Source: a virus (lineage: Duplodnaviria > Caudoviricetes). From it: DNA of 64,000 nt. Of the stretch, positions 26,167 through 35,611 are shown one piece after another; position 1 is the stretch's first letter, and each line of letters opens with the position of its first letter. The notes under the pieces are model-generated. The model searched no databases. It was not told where the DNA came from and worked only from the letters and a program-made list of their open reading frames with translations. The DNA is taken from IMG/VR virus record IMGVR_UViG_3300033068_001704, positions 1-64,000 of that record; one strand, given 5' to 3'. The position numbers were made by a program, and so were the translations under genes.

Positions 26167-26619
26167 ATGGTTTTCCCCGTCATCGTCTCGGAAGGACTCG
26201 TCTTTTCCGAGGCTTCAGCGCTCTGGGTAGAGAACGACGGACTGGCAGAGCGTCTCCCCTTCGAGGAATTCGAAGGGAGGGACGTTCTTGCCGTGGTTTC
26301 CCACGTTCCTGTACGCCCTCTCCCTGGGGAATGGGGGCTTGGGTCGTGCCACCTCCGTCCGGTTGGGGTCTGCCCCTTCGGTCACCACGAGACCCCCCAC
26401 CGCCTGCTGGTCTGGAAAGCGAACGGCACCGTCGTTCGCAGCGGGGTCTGGTGGACGGTGGGGGGCGTAGAGTTGCCTCCCTCTGCCCATCTCATCGGGC
26501 ACCGGTGCAAGGTCATCTTCTGCCCGAAGACCTTCGACGTGAACGTGTCTTCGGATGACGTGGAGGCGCAGATCTCCGCTCTCTCCGAGGCTCTGGGTAG
26601 GCTCAAGAGAGCGCGATGA
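26167..26619 (+). CDS. hypothetical protein
   Basis: 150-aa ORF, ATGA overlap with helicase gene. Confidence 0.55.
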   Translation: MVFPVIVSEGLVFSEASALWVENDGLAERLPFEEFEGRDVLAVVSHVPVRPLPGEWGLGSCHLRPVGVCPFGHHETPHRLLVWKANGTVVRSGVWWTVGGVELPPSAHLIGHRCKVIFCPKTFDVNVSSDDVEAQISALSEALGRLKRAR

Positions 26620-28961
26620 ACTACTTCTCCGGACGTGTCCATTCCGTAGTGTTCAAGAACGAGGCGAAGGCGTTCTACATCCTTCGTCTCGTCCTCGACG
26701 ACGAGATCGTGGCGGAGAACCCGGACACCGCAGTGTCTGGTGGGCTCGTCACGGTTCGTGGTGATGTTCCTGGACTTCCGATCGAGACAGGGACCTGGTT
26801 CGGCTTCGATGGGAAGTGGGATGACCACCCCCAGTACGGACGTCAGATCAGGATCGTGCGTGCTCCGGTCATGAAGAAGGACTGGGACGCCGACACCTGC
26901 GAGAAGATCCTCATCTCCCAGAACGTCGGCCCGGCCATCGCCGCGAAGCTCAAGGCTCACTTCGGCGAGACCATGGCTCAGGCGCTCCTCGATCCGGAGA
27001 AGATCGAGGAGGTCCCGGGGATGACGAAGTTCACCGCGCTCCACGTCCTTCACCGGTGGAAGGCAGCGAGGGCGCACTTCCTGGCGCTGGAGTTCCTGAA
27101 CGACCTCGGGCTTCCTCAGGGTCGTGTTCGACAGATCTGGGCGACGTTCGGAGACGAGGCGCAGGAAATCCTCTCGGTGAACCCGTGGGCGCTGGTGCAG
27201 ATCGACGGGGTCACGTTCCGTGATGCGGACGCTGTGGCCGCCCGGCTGAGGCTCGACACCTCGGCGAAGAACCCTGCTCGGGTCGAGGGGGCGGTCCTCC
27301 ATGCCTGTCGTTCGGGTCGAGGCTTCGGTCACCTCTTCTCTTCGAGCGGGGACATGCTCTACGTGGTCCGGGACATCGACCCGGAGTTCTCGGATCGAGA
27401 CGTCGCCCAGGCCGTGAAGTCGCTCTCGGACCGGAAGCTCCTCGTTGTTGACCGGACGGTTCAACCTGGGGTGGTCGCGATCTACGACCCCTGGTCACAA
27501 CGCATCGAGCAGACCTCGGCGGAACTCCTGATCGAGCGGGTGAAGACCGCGACGATCCCCCCTGATGTGGAAGCCGCCTACGTGAGCGCCTTGCTGGGCG
27601 AGGGGGAGACGGCGAGGAACCTGAAGGATGCGGTTCTCCTCTCTCTGAAGAGACTCAGCTCCTCGGGGGCCACCTCTCTCTCCGATGACCAGGCGCGAGG
27701 TGTCGTTCATGCGATCACCGAGCCCGTCTCGATCATCTCTGGTCTCCCTGGGACGGGTAAGACGACGAGCCTTCGGGTTGCCGTCACGATTCTTCAGGAG
27801 GCGGGGATCCCGTTCCTCATCGTGGCCCCGACTGGGATCGCGGCGAAACGAGCCGCATCGGTGACGGGAGCCCCGGCCTCCACCATCCACCGAGCCTTCG
27901 GGTCTCAGGGGGACAACGACAACTCGCGGGAGAGCACGTACGCGGGAATCGTCGGTGACTCGGATGGGATGACGGGAGCCGATGGGTCGGCGGAGACCTG
28001 GGGCTTCTCCCCGGACAACCCCCACCCGGCCGAGGTTGTCATCGTGGACGAGTCGTCCATGGTGGATCAGCACCTCGTCTACCGGATCCTCACCTGCACG
28101 CGGAAGGACGCTCGCCTCGTGTTCGTCGGGGATGCAGCTCAGCTCCCGAGCGTGGGTCCTGGGAACGTCCTGCGGGACCTGATTGCATCCTGCCTGTTCC
28201 CGACGGTCGCCTTGACGGACATCTTCCGGCAGGCCGATACGTCCCCCATCGTCTTCGCTGCTCACGCGATCCATCGCGGGGACGTGCCCGAGGCCCCGAT
28301 TGGGAGCGACTTCGCGCTCATCGAGGTGGCGGACGACAGCAAGGTCGCCGACCTCATCGTGAAGTCGGCTGAGAAGCTCTTCGGGTTGCGGCGTAACTTC
28401 CAGGTGCTCTCGCCCCGTCACTCCGGACCGGTAGGGGTGACGACGCTGAACACCAGACTTCGGGAGCTGCTGAACCCGAAACAGCCCGCATTGAACGAGA
28501 TGCGGATCGGTTCGGAAATCCTTCGGGAGGACGACCGCATCATGGTCGTCCGCAACGACTACAAGCTCAACGTCTTCAACGGGGACGTGGGCAAGGTCTC
28601 CTCGATCGATCGGAAGAACCAGGAGGTCCAGATCAAGATCCACGGACCGCCGGTCATCCAGATCCAGGTTCCCTTCTCGAAGGTCCCGTCTCTCCTTCGA
28701 TTGGCGTACGCCGTTACCGTCCACAAGTCGCAGGGACAGGAGTACGACATCATCCTGATGCCGGTGGTGACGTCGTTTTCGCACCAGCTTCAGCGGAACC
28801 TCCTGTACACGGCGGTGACGCGTGCTCGAAAGAGGGTTCTCATGATCGGAACCCGAGCCGCCCTGATTCGGGCGGTAGGGAACGAGCGCGAGAGCGCGCG
28901 GAACACGTTGTTCAAGCAGAGGCTCCTTGCCGCGGGTCCTCCTCCGGCAGCGGAAGCGTAA
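26616..28961 (+). CDS. recD2: RecD2-like SF1B helicase
   Basis: GLPGTGKT, VDESSM, GDAAQLPSVG, TVHKSQG, YTAVTRA; N-terminal RecD2 domain. Confidence 0.93.
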   Translation: MNYFSGRVHSVVFKNEAKAFYILRLVLDDEIVAENPDTAVSGGLVTVRGDVPGLPIETGTWFGFDGKWDDHPQYGRQIRIVRAPVMKKDWDADTCEKILISQNVGPAIAAKLKAHFGETMAQALLDPEKIEEVPGMTKFTALHVLHRWKAARAHFLALEFLNDLGLPQGRVRQIWATFGDEAQEILSVNPWALVQIDGVTFRDADAVAARLRLDTSAKNPARVEGAVLHACRSGRGFGHLFSSSGDMLYVVRDIDPEFSDRDVAQAVKSLSDRKLLVVDRTVQPGVVAIYDPWSQRIEQTSAELLIERVKTATIPPDVEAAYVSALLGEGETARNLKDAVLLSLKRLSSSGATSLSDDQARGVVHAITEPVSIISGLPGTGKTTSLRVAVTILQEAGIPFLIVAPTGIAAKRAASVTGAPASTIHRAFGSQGDNDNSRESTYAGIVGDSDGMTGADGSAETWGFSPDNPHPAEVVIVDESSMVDQHLVYRILTCTRKDARLVFVGDAAQLPSVGPGNVLRDLIASCLFPTVALTDIFRQADTSPIVFAAHAIHRGDVPEAPIGSDFALIEVADDSKVADLIVKSAEKLFGLRRNFQVLSPRHSGPVGVTTLNTRLRELLNPKQPALNEMRIGSEILREDDRIMVVRNDYKLNVFNGDVGKVSSIDRKNQEVQIKIHGPPVIQIQVPFSKVPSLLRLAYAVTVHKSQGQEYDIILMPVVTSFSHQLQRNLLYTAVTRARKRVLMIGTRAALIRAVGNERESARNTLFKQRLLAAGPPPAAEA

Positions 28962-28978
28962 CGCGATCCTGGAGCGGT

Positions 28979-29380
28979 ATGTCCAACGAGGAAATTCGTG
29001 AACTCGTCAAGAAGGTGAAGGCGGGCCTTCGGATCACGAAAGTGGTCTGCACCCGCTCCGTGAAGGGTCGGGCAGGGGACTCCTTCGTGGGGTTTTCCGC
29101 TGCCTACAACACCGTCCAGGAGGACGGGGGTCAGGACCTTCTCAACGTCTCTGAGGATGACGATCCGACCCGAAGCGCCGGTGCAATGAGCCTCGCTGAG
29201 GCGATCGTGGCGACCTGTCTTCTGGCGAGGGAGGCGGACATCGCAGCGCACCGGAACGCGATGGCTGGCGGGAACATCTCCGTCGAATACTGCAACGACG
29301 CGATCTCGGCCATCAAGGCGAATTACTCGAAGATTCTTATGGATGAGCTGGGATCTCTGTCGGCTGAGGTGAAGGAATGA
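28979..29380 (+). CDS. hypothetical protein
   Basis: 133-aa ORF in operon. Confidence 0.65.
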   Translation: MSNEEIRELVKKVKAGLRITKVVCTRSVKGRAGDSFVGFSAAYNTVQEDGGQDLLNVSEDDDPTRSAGAMSLAEAIVATCLLAREADIAAHRNAMAGGNISVEYCNDAISAIKANYSKILMDELGSLSAEVKE

Positions 29381-30246
29381 CGGACTCGAACCAGAACGGG
29401 GGGGTCCATGCACCTTCGGTCACCCCCGAACGCATCACCGAGTTCTACACGCAGCTCTCGGAGATGCACCCGGCCCTCGATGCAGACCCGCTTGCCCTTG
29501 GGCCGAAGCGTCTGAACTCCAAGATCGCCGAAGTCAGGGCGATGATGTCCGAGGTGGAGAGGGTCTTCCTCCAGGTCTCCCAGGACCTTCACTGGTACAA
29601 GCGCGAGCACAGGCGTGCGGATGCTGACTTCAAGATGCAGGTCAAGGAGATGCTCGCGAACGACCCGGAAGTTCGGGCCGGACGGAACGTCGCTGATCGA
29701 GAGGCGATGGCCCACACGAAGCTCCGAGCGGAGCAGCAGGTCCTAGATTCCTACGCATTCGCGATGGAGGACCTCGAAGCGGTACTCATCATCGTGAAGA
29801 CGAAGCGGGCCGACCTCAAGGACGTGTCCAGCCGTCTCCGAGACCAGCTCAAGATCTGTCAGGAAGAGATCGGCCTGGGCGGCCGATGGGGCCGCGCCCC
29901 GCGCCCTGGATCGACGGGTGAGATCTCCGACAAGTCGGGGAACAGCGTCGATCTCCTGGTGGATGAGGCCATCGCCAAGATGGGCGACGATGAGGAAGAG
30001 GAAGAGGCGGCGGATGTGACGGGGGACGTCGTCGGAGACGGCGAGGAGGACCTCGCAATCGCGACGGATTCCGATTCCCCCATGACTCTCACCCCTCAGA
30101 ATCCGCCTGAGACCTCGGAAGAGGCGCTCGATTCCCTTCTGGAGGGGATCTCGGACCAGCCGGAACAGCGTGAGGCCCGGATCCTCACGTCTTCCGTCGA
30201 GAAGGATTTCGATTTCGATAAGAGCCTGGAGGATCTTTTTCAGTAG
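29377..30246 (+). CDS. coiled-coil protein with acidic tail (possible recombination mediator)
   Basis: helical N-half, acidic C-half; located next to SSB gene. Confidence 0.55.
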   Translation: MTDSNQNGGVHAPSVTPERITEFYTQLSEMHPALDADPLALGPKRLNSKIAEVRAMMSEVERVFLQVSQDLHWYKREHRRADADFKMQVKEMLANDPEVRAGRNVADREAMAHTKLRAEQQVLDSYAFAMEDLEAVLIIVKTKRADLKDVSSRLRDQLKICQEEIGLGGRWGRAPRPGSTGEISDKSGNSVDLLVDEAIAKMGDDEEEEEAADVTGDVVGDGEEDLAIATDSDSPMTLTPQNPPETSEEALDSLLEGISDQPEQREARILTSSVEKDFDFDKSLEDLFQ

Positions 30247-30340
30247 GTCTCTTCGCCCGGCCGCTTGCGTAAGGTGCCATGTGCGAGGCGTCCATCACTA
30301 CCCCCACTGAACGACAAGCCTCGCAGGAGTAGAGAGTCAC

Positions 30341-31078
30341 ATGAGCGGTTTCCAGGAGTTCGGTTTCGGAGAGGGCGACGAGAACCTCGGTTCCAAGTCC
30401 AAGCGGTTCAAGGCCAAGGAGGGTGAGAAGTACCGTGTGTCCTTCCCTTGGCTCCCCGGCATCGAGGAGAACAAGCCCAACTTCGACGCGCCCACGCCGA
30501 AGTTCACCGGGTGCAAGCGCCTGTACCTCGCTGGCGTCGGGTACTTCCTCGACAAGGGTCCCGAGTACGTGAAGCTCGCGGGCGCGCAGTCGAAGATGCA
30601 GGTCGCCACCTTGATCATCAAGTGGCCGACCGATTCGAACGGAGCCCTCGACAAGGCGAAGTTCCAGGACGGTCAGTTCGAGGTCATGCCGTGGATCATG
30701 TCTGCGGACAAGTACCGGAACATCGAGCAGAACCACCGCGAGTTCCCGCTCGGTCAGCATGACCTGTCGCTGACCTGCACGGACACGCAGTTCCAGAAGA
30801 TCACGATCTCGCCCTGTCGCGAGAACCTCTTCCGGAAGCTGTTCGAGAAGGACCCCGGCGGTCTCGCGGGCAAGATCATCGCGGCGATGAAGGACGCGAT
30901 CCCGACGGTCCAGCCCGAGCTGGCGCAGGATCTCACGCTCGACCAGATCCGTGAGCGGCTCGGTCGGGGCGGCGCAGGTGGCGGCGGGCCGCGTGGCGGT
31001 GGTGGTGGCGGAGGTGGTGGGACCGCAGCGGGCGGTTCCGGCGACTTCGACAACATGCTCGACGACATCCTGAGCTGA
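30341..31078 (+). CDS. putative single-stranded DNA-binding protein
   Basis: Gly-rich linker and acidic C-terminus DFDNMLDDILS; recombination context. Confidence 0.6.
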   Translation: MSGFQEFGFGEGDENLGSKSKRFKAKEGEKYRVSFPWLPGIEENKPNFDAPTPKFTGCKRLYLAGVGYFLDKGPEYVKLAGAQSKMQVATLIIKWPTDSNGALDKAKFQDGQFEVMPWIMSADKYRNIEQNHREFPLGQHDLSLTCTDTQFQKITISPCRENLFRKLFEKDPGGLAGKIIAAMKDAIPTVQPELAQDLTLDQIRERLGRGGAGGGGPRGGGGGGGGGTAAGGSGDFDNMLDDILS

Positions 31079-31297
31079 TCGACCCCCATGGCGTGAGCGG
31101 CGCCATCTCACTTCCTTGGAGTGAGGAAGCAGGCCCCCCCTGCAACCGCTCGCCTCCCCCCAACCGGCGCGGACGGCGTCGGCCTTGGTCAGGTGGAAAC
31201 CCGACCAAGAAAGCGTTCCCCCCCACGCAACCGTCCAACTTTTCTACGCTGGCTTCGAACCAGGTGGTTCAGGCCAGTGTTCCGTTCCTCATTCAAA

Positions 31298-31957
31298 ATG
31301 CTCGTCCTCGGACTCGACCCTTCACTTCGCGCGTTCGGTTGGGCCCTCCATGACACGGAGGCGTCCAAGAAGGCTAGATGTGTCGCCCGAGGCCTGTTCT
31401 CAACCTCTTCTCACGATATTTTCGTAGATCGCTACGTTTCCATGAGGGAGTCCTTGCGGAAACTCCTCCAGGAAACCCGACCTGACAAGGTCGGGATCGA
31501 GTCCCCCATCTTCAACGATCTCTTCTCCGAGGGCATGTACGGCCTGTTCCTGTACTCGAACGAGGCCCTCAAGCTCGAACGGAAGGACGTCGTCTACTTC
31601 TCCCCCGGTCAGGGCAAGGCTCACGCACGTGAGTCTCTGGTCCGTCCGAAGGGGTGGAAGATGCTCAAGGGCGACATGGTCGCGGCAGCCCGTGCGGACA
31701 CGGGGGGTGGGACCTGGAACCACAACGAAGCGGACGCGTATCTGATTGCCCGCCTGGCGGGTCGCTTCTGGGGGTACTCGGACGGTCTTGTGACCGAGTC
31801 CCAGCTCAGCCCTGTAGAGCGAAAGCAATTCACTGAGGTCCACACCTACACCCGAGGCGTTCGCGCCGGGAAAACGGTGAGGCGCGGTCTCGTCTTTCGA
31901 GAAGACGACCGTTTCTTCCGTTGGTCCGAGACCTCCTCAGAGCCTGGCACCGCGTAA
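31298..31957 (+). CDS. ruvC: RuvC-like Holliday junction resolvase
   Basis: VLGLDPSL, VGIE, NEADAY. Confidence 0.8.
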   Translation: MLVLGLDPSLRAFGWALHDTEASKKARCVARGLFSTSSHDIFVDRYVSMRESLRKLLQETRPDKVGIESPIFNDLFSEGMYGLFLYSNEALKLERKDVVYFSPGQGKAHARESLVRPKGWKMLKGDMVAAARADTGGGTWNHNEADAYLIARLAGRFWGYSDGLVTESQLSPVERKQFTEVHTYTRGVRAGKTVRRGLVFREDDRFFRWSETSSEPGTA

Positions 31958-32000
31958 ATCGCGTGCCCTAGCACCACCCACCCCCAAAGAGAGCCCCTAC

Positions 32001-33323
32001 ATGCCCCCCGCGAAGAAGCCCGCTCCTGCGACCGGATCGAAGACGACGAAGGCAGCCGCTGCTGCATCCACGAAGGGGCTCAGCCCCCTCGCACGAGCGA
32101 GAGCTGCCCTGAAGGGCGTCCTCAAGGAGGATCCGACGGTCCCGCTGACGGACAGCGTACTTCGCAAGTCGATGGACCACCTGCCGACGGGCTCGATCGT
32201 CGTGGACTACCTCATCGGGGGTCGGCCGAACAAGTTCGGTATCGCCCCGTGTCCGGGCATCCCTCGCGGTCGCATCACGAACGTCTACGGCAACGCGGGT
32301 GCGGGCAAGACGACCCTCGCACTCACCGCCGCAGCAACCACCTGTGCCAACGGTGGGACCTGCGTGTACATCGACTGGGAGAACGAGGTGGATCCCCGGT
32401 ACGCCGCAGCGCTCGGTGTACCGATTCACGATGCGTCGAGGTTCATCCTCATGCAGCCCGAGACCCTGGAACAGGGCATGAAGATCATGGTCCAGATGGC
32501 GACGGAGGGCGTGGACCTCATCGTCGTGGACTCGGTCGCGGCAGGTGTCCCCGAGGACCTGTACAACCGTGCGATCGAGGAGGAAGGCAACCAGAGCCGC
32601 ATCGGTCTGGTCGCGCAGAAGTGGTCCCAGTTCCTCCCGAAGTTCAAGACGCTCATCTCGAAGAGCGGGACGGCCGTGATCGGCATCTCGCAGCTTCGGA
32701 AGAAGATCGCGACCGGCGGTGGTGGCCACGGCCCGGACACCGATGTCCAGGGAGGCGAGGCCTGGAAGTTCTACAGCGCCGTCCGCATGATGCTGCGCGT
32801 CTTCCAGAAGGAGAAGGGCAAGAGCTTCAACGCGATGACCGGCAAGATCGAGGAGCAGGTCTCCGGCACGATCGTCATCGCCAAGCTCGACAAGTGCAAG
32901 GTCTCGGACTCGGTTCACCACGAGCAGAAGTTCTACCTGGCTTCGGGCAGTGGCATCGACAACGCCCGCTCGGTCGTCGATCTCGCCATCAGCTACAAGA
33001 TCGTGATGAAGAACGGCTCGTGGCTGGAGTGGCCCGGTGCCCCTGACGGGCTGATGAAGGCTCAGGGCAAGGACGGTCTCCTCAAGATGATCGGCGGCCA
33101 CCCGTCGGCTCTGAGGAACCTGTTCGCACAGGTGGTCCCGAAGCTCGGGGCCCCCGGTGCCGAAGCGGTGGCGGAGGCCCAGTTCGCAGACGAGGACGAG
33201 GACGGGGCAGATGATCTGTTCGAGGGGATGGTGCCCTCCAGCGGTCCGGCGAAGAAGCAGGACGGCGAGGAAGAGCCGGACCTCTCCGACGTGGTCGTCG
33301 AGGACGAAGAAGAGAACGCCTGA
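32001..33323 (+). CDS. recA: RecA recombinase
   Basis: GNAGAGKTT, IVVDSVA, ISQLR, GGEAWKFYSAVR. Confidence 0.93.
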   Translation: MPPAKKPAPATGSKTTKAAAAASTKGLSPLARARAALKGVLKEDPTVPLTDSVLRKSMDHLPTGSIVVDYLIGGRPNKFGIAPCPGIPRGRITNVYGNAGAGKTTLALTAAATTCANGGTCVYIDWENEVDPRYAAALGVPIHDASRFILMQPETLEQGMKIMVQMATEGVDLIVVDSVAAGVPEDLYNRAIEEEGNQSRIGLVAQKWSQFLPKFKTLISKSGTAVIGISQLRKKIATGGGGHGPDTDVQGGEAWKFYSAVRMMLRVFQKEKGKSFNAMTGKIEEQVSGTIVIAKLDKCKVSDSVHHEQKFYLASGSGIDNARSVVDLAISYKIVMKNGSWLEWPGAPDGLMKAQGKDGLLKMIGGHPSALRNLFAQVVPKLGAPGAEAVAEAQFADEDEDGADDLFEGMVPSSGPAKKQDGEEEPDLSDVVVEDEEENA

Positions 33324-33339
33324 CACACGGCGGCTGCTG

Positions 33340-33371
33340 AACGGGGGGCGAGAGCCCCCCGTTTTCGTTTT
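33340..33371 (+). terminator. intrinsic terminator after recA
   Basis: AACGGGGGGC-GAGA-GCCCCCCGTT followed by TTCGTTTT. Confidence 0.8.
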
Positions 33372-33385
33372 GGTGGAGGCGTGTG

Positions 33386-34738
33386 ATGTTCAAGGTACGT
33401 GTAGTCAACTTCCAGTCGATCAAAGACGCGACGGTCGAGGTTGACGGGTTCACCGTCATCACGGGCCCCAACAACTCGGGGAAGACCGCTCTTGTTCGGG
33501 CGGTCGCAGGGGCGTTCACCAACCCTCGTGGGCACAGCTTCGTGCGCAACGGGGAAGCTCACTCAACGGTTGAGATCGACTTCTCTGACGGGCACAGCCT
33601 CGTTTGGGAGAAGGGGGCCAAGGTCAACCGTTACGTGGTGGATGGGAAGGCCTTGGAAAAGGTCGGCCAGGGCGCCCCCCCTGAGATCCAAGCCCTCGGC
33701 ATGTGCTCGGTCGAGGCGGCGGGGCGAGAGCTGTGGCCTCAGATCGCCCAGCAGTTCGTGGGTCAGGTCTTCCTGATCGACCAGCCCGGTTCAGTCCTCG
33801 CTGAGGCGGTCGCGGACGTGAACAAGGTCGGGGTGCTCAACGAGTCCCTGCGCCTTTCGCAGTCGGATCGGAGGTCCGCGGCATCCGAGCTGAAGGTCCG
33901 CAAAGATGACGCGGCGAAACACGAAGAGGCGGTTCGGAAGTTCGATGGTCTGGACGAGGCCCTCCTCAAGGTTGAGAGGGCGAAGGAAGTCGCTCAACGG
34001 ATCACGGCGGACCGATCCCGGCTAGAGCAGCTCCGTGCTCTCCACACGAGAGTGTCAGCGGCGATGAACCTCGTGAAATCCATCGCTCCGGTGAGGGACC
34101 TCCCGAAGGTCAACGAGACGCTGGGGCCGAAGCTCTTGGTTGCTGAATCCAGGCTCGTTCAGCTCCGCTCTCTTCGAGGGCGTCTCGCAGATGCGGTCGG
34201 GATTCACGAGAAGCTGTCTCCGGTTCGAGGGCTGCCGGTCGTGGCGGAGGGGATGGGTTCGAAGCTCTCGAACACGCACGTGAAGCTGGATCAGCTCCGT
34301 TCGATGTCGAGACGTCTCCGGGACCTGACCGTCACGCACGAGCGTCTCGCACCTGCGCGAACCATCCCTGTGGTCGGGGATGCCATCGACGCACGCGTCA
34401 AGAAGATCGATGCGGCATTGAGCTGGGCGGGTGCGATGGAGGCGAAGATCAAGCGCGCGAAGGCCGAGTGCGCCACCGCCCGTCAGGCGGAGAAGGACCT
34501 TCGAGGCCTTTCACTCCCTGATCTCTCGGGTGTCGAGACGATCCAGGAACAGCTCGCGACCCTGATCCGCACCTGCCACGCCGTCCAGATCGCGAGGGTC
34601 TCGGTAGATACCCTAAGGGTGCGCCTGGGTAGCACCCGGGAAGATTACGAGAGCGCCGAACGTGGGGTTCGGTCCCTCCTGGGTGAAGCGGGCGAATGCC
34701 CGTTTTGTGGAGCGGACCATGAAAAGAGCGCTTGTTAG
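33386..34738 (+). CDS. sbcC: SbcC/Rad50 N-terminal half (Walker A, coiled coil, CPFC hook)
   Basis: NFQSI, GPNNSGKT; ends at CPFC with no Walker B. Confidence 0.8.
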   Translation: MFKVRVVNFQSIKDATVEVDGFTVITGPNNSGKTALVRAVAGAFTNPRGHSFVRNGEAHSTVEIDFSDGHSLVWEKGAKVNRYVVDGKALEKVGQGAPPEIQALGMCSVEAAGRELWPQIAQQFVGQVFLIDQPGSVLAEAVADVNKVGVLNESLRLSQSDRRSAASELKVRKDDAAKHEEAVRKFDGLDEALLKVERAKEVAQRITADRSRLEQLRALHTRVSAAMNLVKSIAPVRDLPKVNETLGPKLLVAESRLVQLRSLRGRLADAVGIHEKLSPVRGLPVVAEGMGSKLSNTHVKLDQLRSMSRRLRDLTVTHERLAPARTIPVVGDAIDARVKKIDAALSWAGAMEAKIKRAKAECATARQAEKDLRGLSLPDLSGVETIQEQLATLIRTCHAVQIARVSVDTLRVRLGSTREDYESAERGVRSLLGEAGECPFCGADHEKSAC

Positions 34739-34970
34739 CTGCGGAATCCTGGTCGCCACGTTCCTGATGGCCGGGTGCCCTTCCCTGCCGCCGGTATCTG
34801 GATGTGCGATCCGCGCCTCGACGTGCATGGATGACCGTCCGTTCATCTGCTCCGGAACCGGGCGCTGGACTCCCGTTGGGGACGCGACCTGTCAGTCGGT
34901 GGGTGGGGTCTGCTGCATGACGGCAGACGGCGTCCACGCCTGTGTGACCCAGCCCTTCTGCATGGAGTGA
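34719..34970 (+). CDS. Cys-rich lipoprotein
   Basis: MKR + hydrophobic stretch + lipobox LMAGC; many Cys. Confidence 0.65.
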   Translation: MKRALVSCGILVATFLMAGCPSLPPVSGCAIRASTCMDDRPFICSGTGRWTPVGDATCQSVGGVCCMTADGVHACVTQPFCME

Positions 34971-34973
34971 GTG

Positions 34974-35573
34974 ATGACGGATCTCTCAGTAGTCGCCCGT
35001 GACTTCGCGGCCTTCGCTCGTTCGAACTTCGGTGCTGAAGTCGTCGAGAAGGAGAACGCGGTCGAGATGAAGATCGTCGCGTTCGGCATGGACATCGGAC
35101 GCCAGTTCGGGGCGGGCCTCGCCAAGAGCGAGGAGTTCATGACTCGCTTCACGACGACGTTGGGCACGCGCGTGTACATGCCCGCCGCGACCCGGAACAA
35201 CCCGCTCCGATTCATCAGCGTGCTCGTCCACGAGATCCAGCACGTCCTCCAGTTCAAGGAGTCAGCCGTGGAGTTCTCCTGGCTGTACCTGAACGAGCCT
35301 GAGGCGCGGGTGCGGTACGAGGCGGATGCGTACGCCGCAGGGATCGCGATCGATCAGTGGCTCACTGGCCGTCTCCCCACGGATGCAATCGAGTCGATCG
35401 TCGCTGGGCTCGTCGGGGCGTACCACGTCCGTCCAGAGGATGCTGACCTCGCAACCGACATCCTTCGGTCGCACATGGCTTCCCTCAAGTCCGGCATCGT
35501 GATGACGCGAGCGGCCCGGGAGTCGATCAAGTTCCTGGACTCGAAGTACCCCCAGCTCAAGGGGACGTTCTAG
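34974..35573 (+). CDS. HExxH zinc metalloprotease-like protein
   Basis: LVHEIQHVLQ...YEADAY. Confidence 0.7.
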   Translation: MTDLSVVARDFAAFARSNFGAEVVEKENAVEMKIVAFGMDIGRQFGAGLAKSEEFMTRFTTTLGTRVYMPAATRNNPLRFISVLVHEIQHVLQFKESAVEFSWLYLNEPEARVRYEADAYAAGIAIDQWLTGRLPTDAIESIVAGLVGAYHVRPEDADLATDILRSHMASLKSGIVMTRAARESIKFLDSKYPQLKGTF

Positions 35574-35611
35574 TAGGTCACCCGATACCAGACCGAGAGT
35601 AACGTCGCAGG

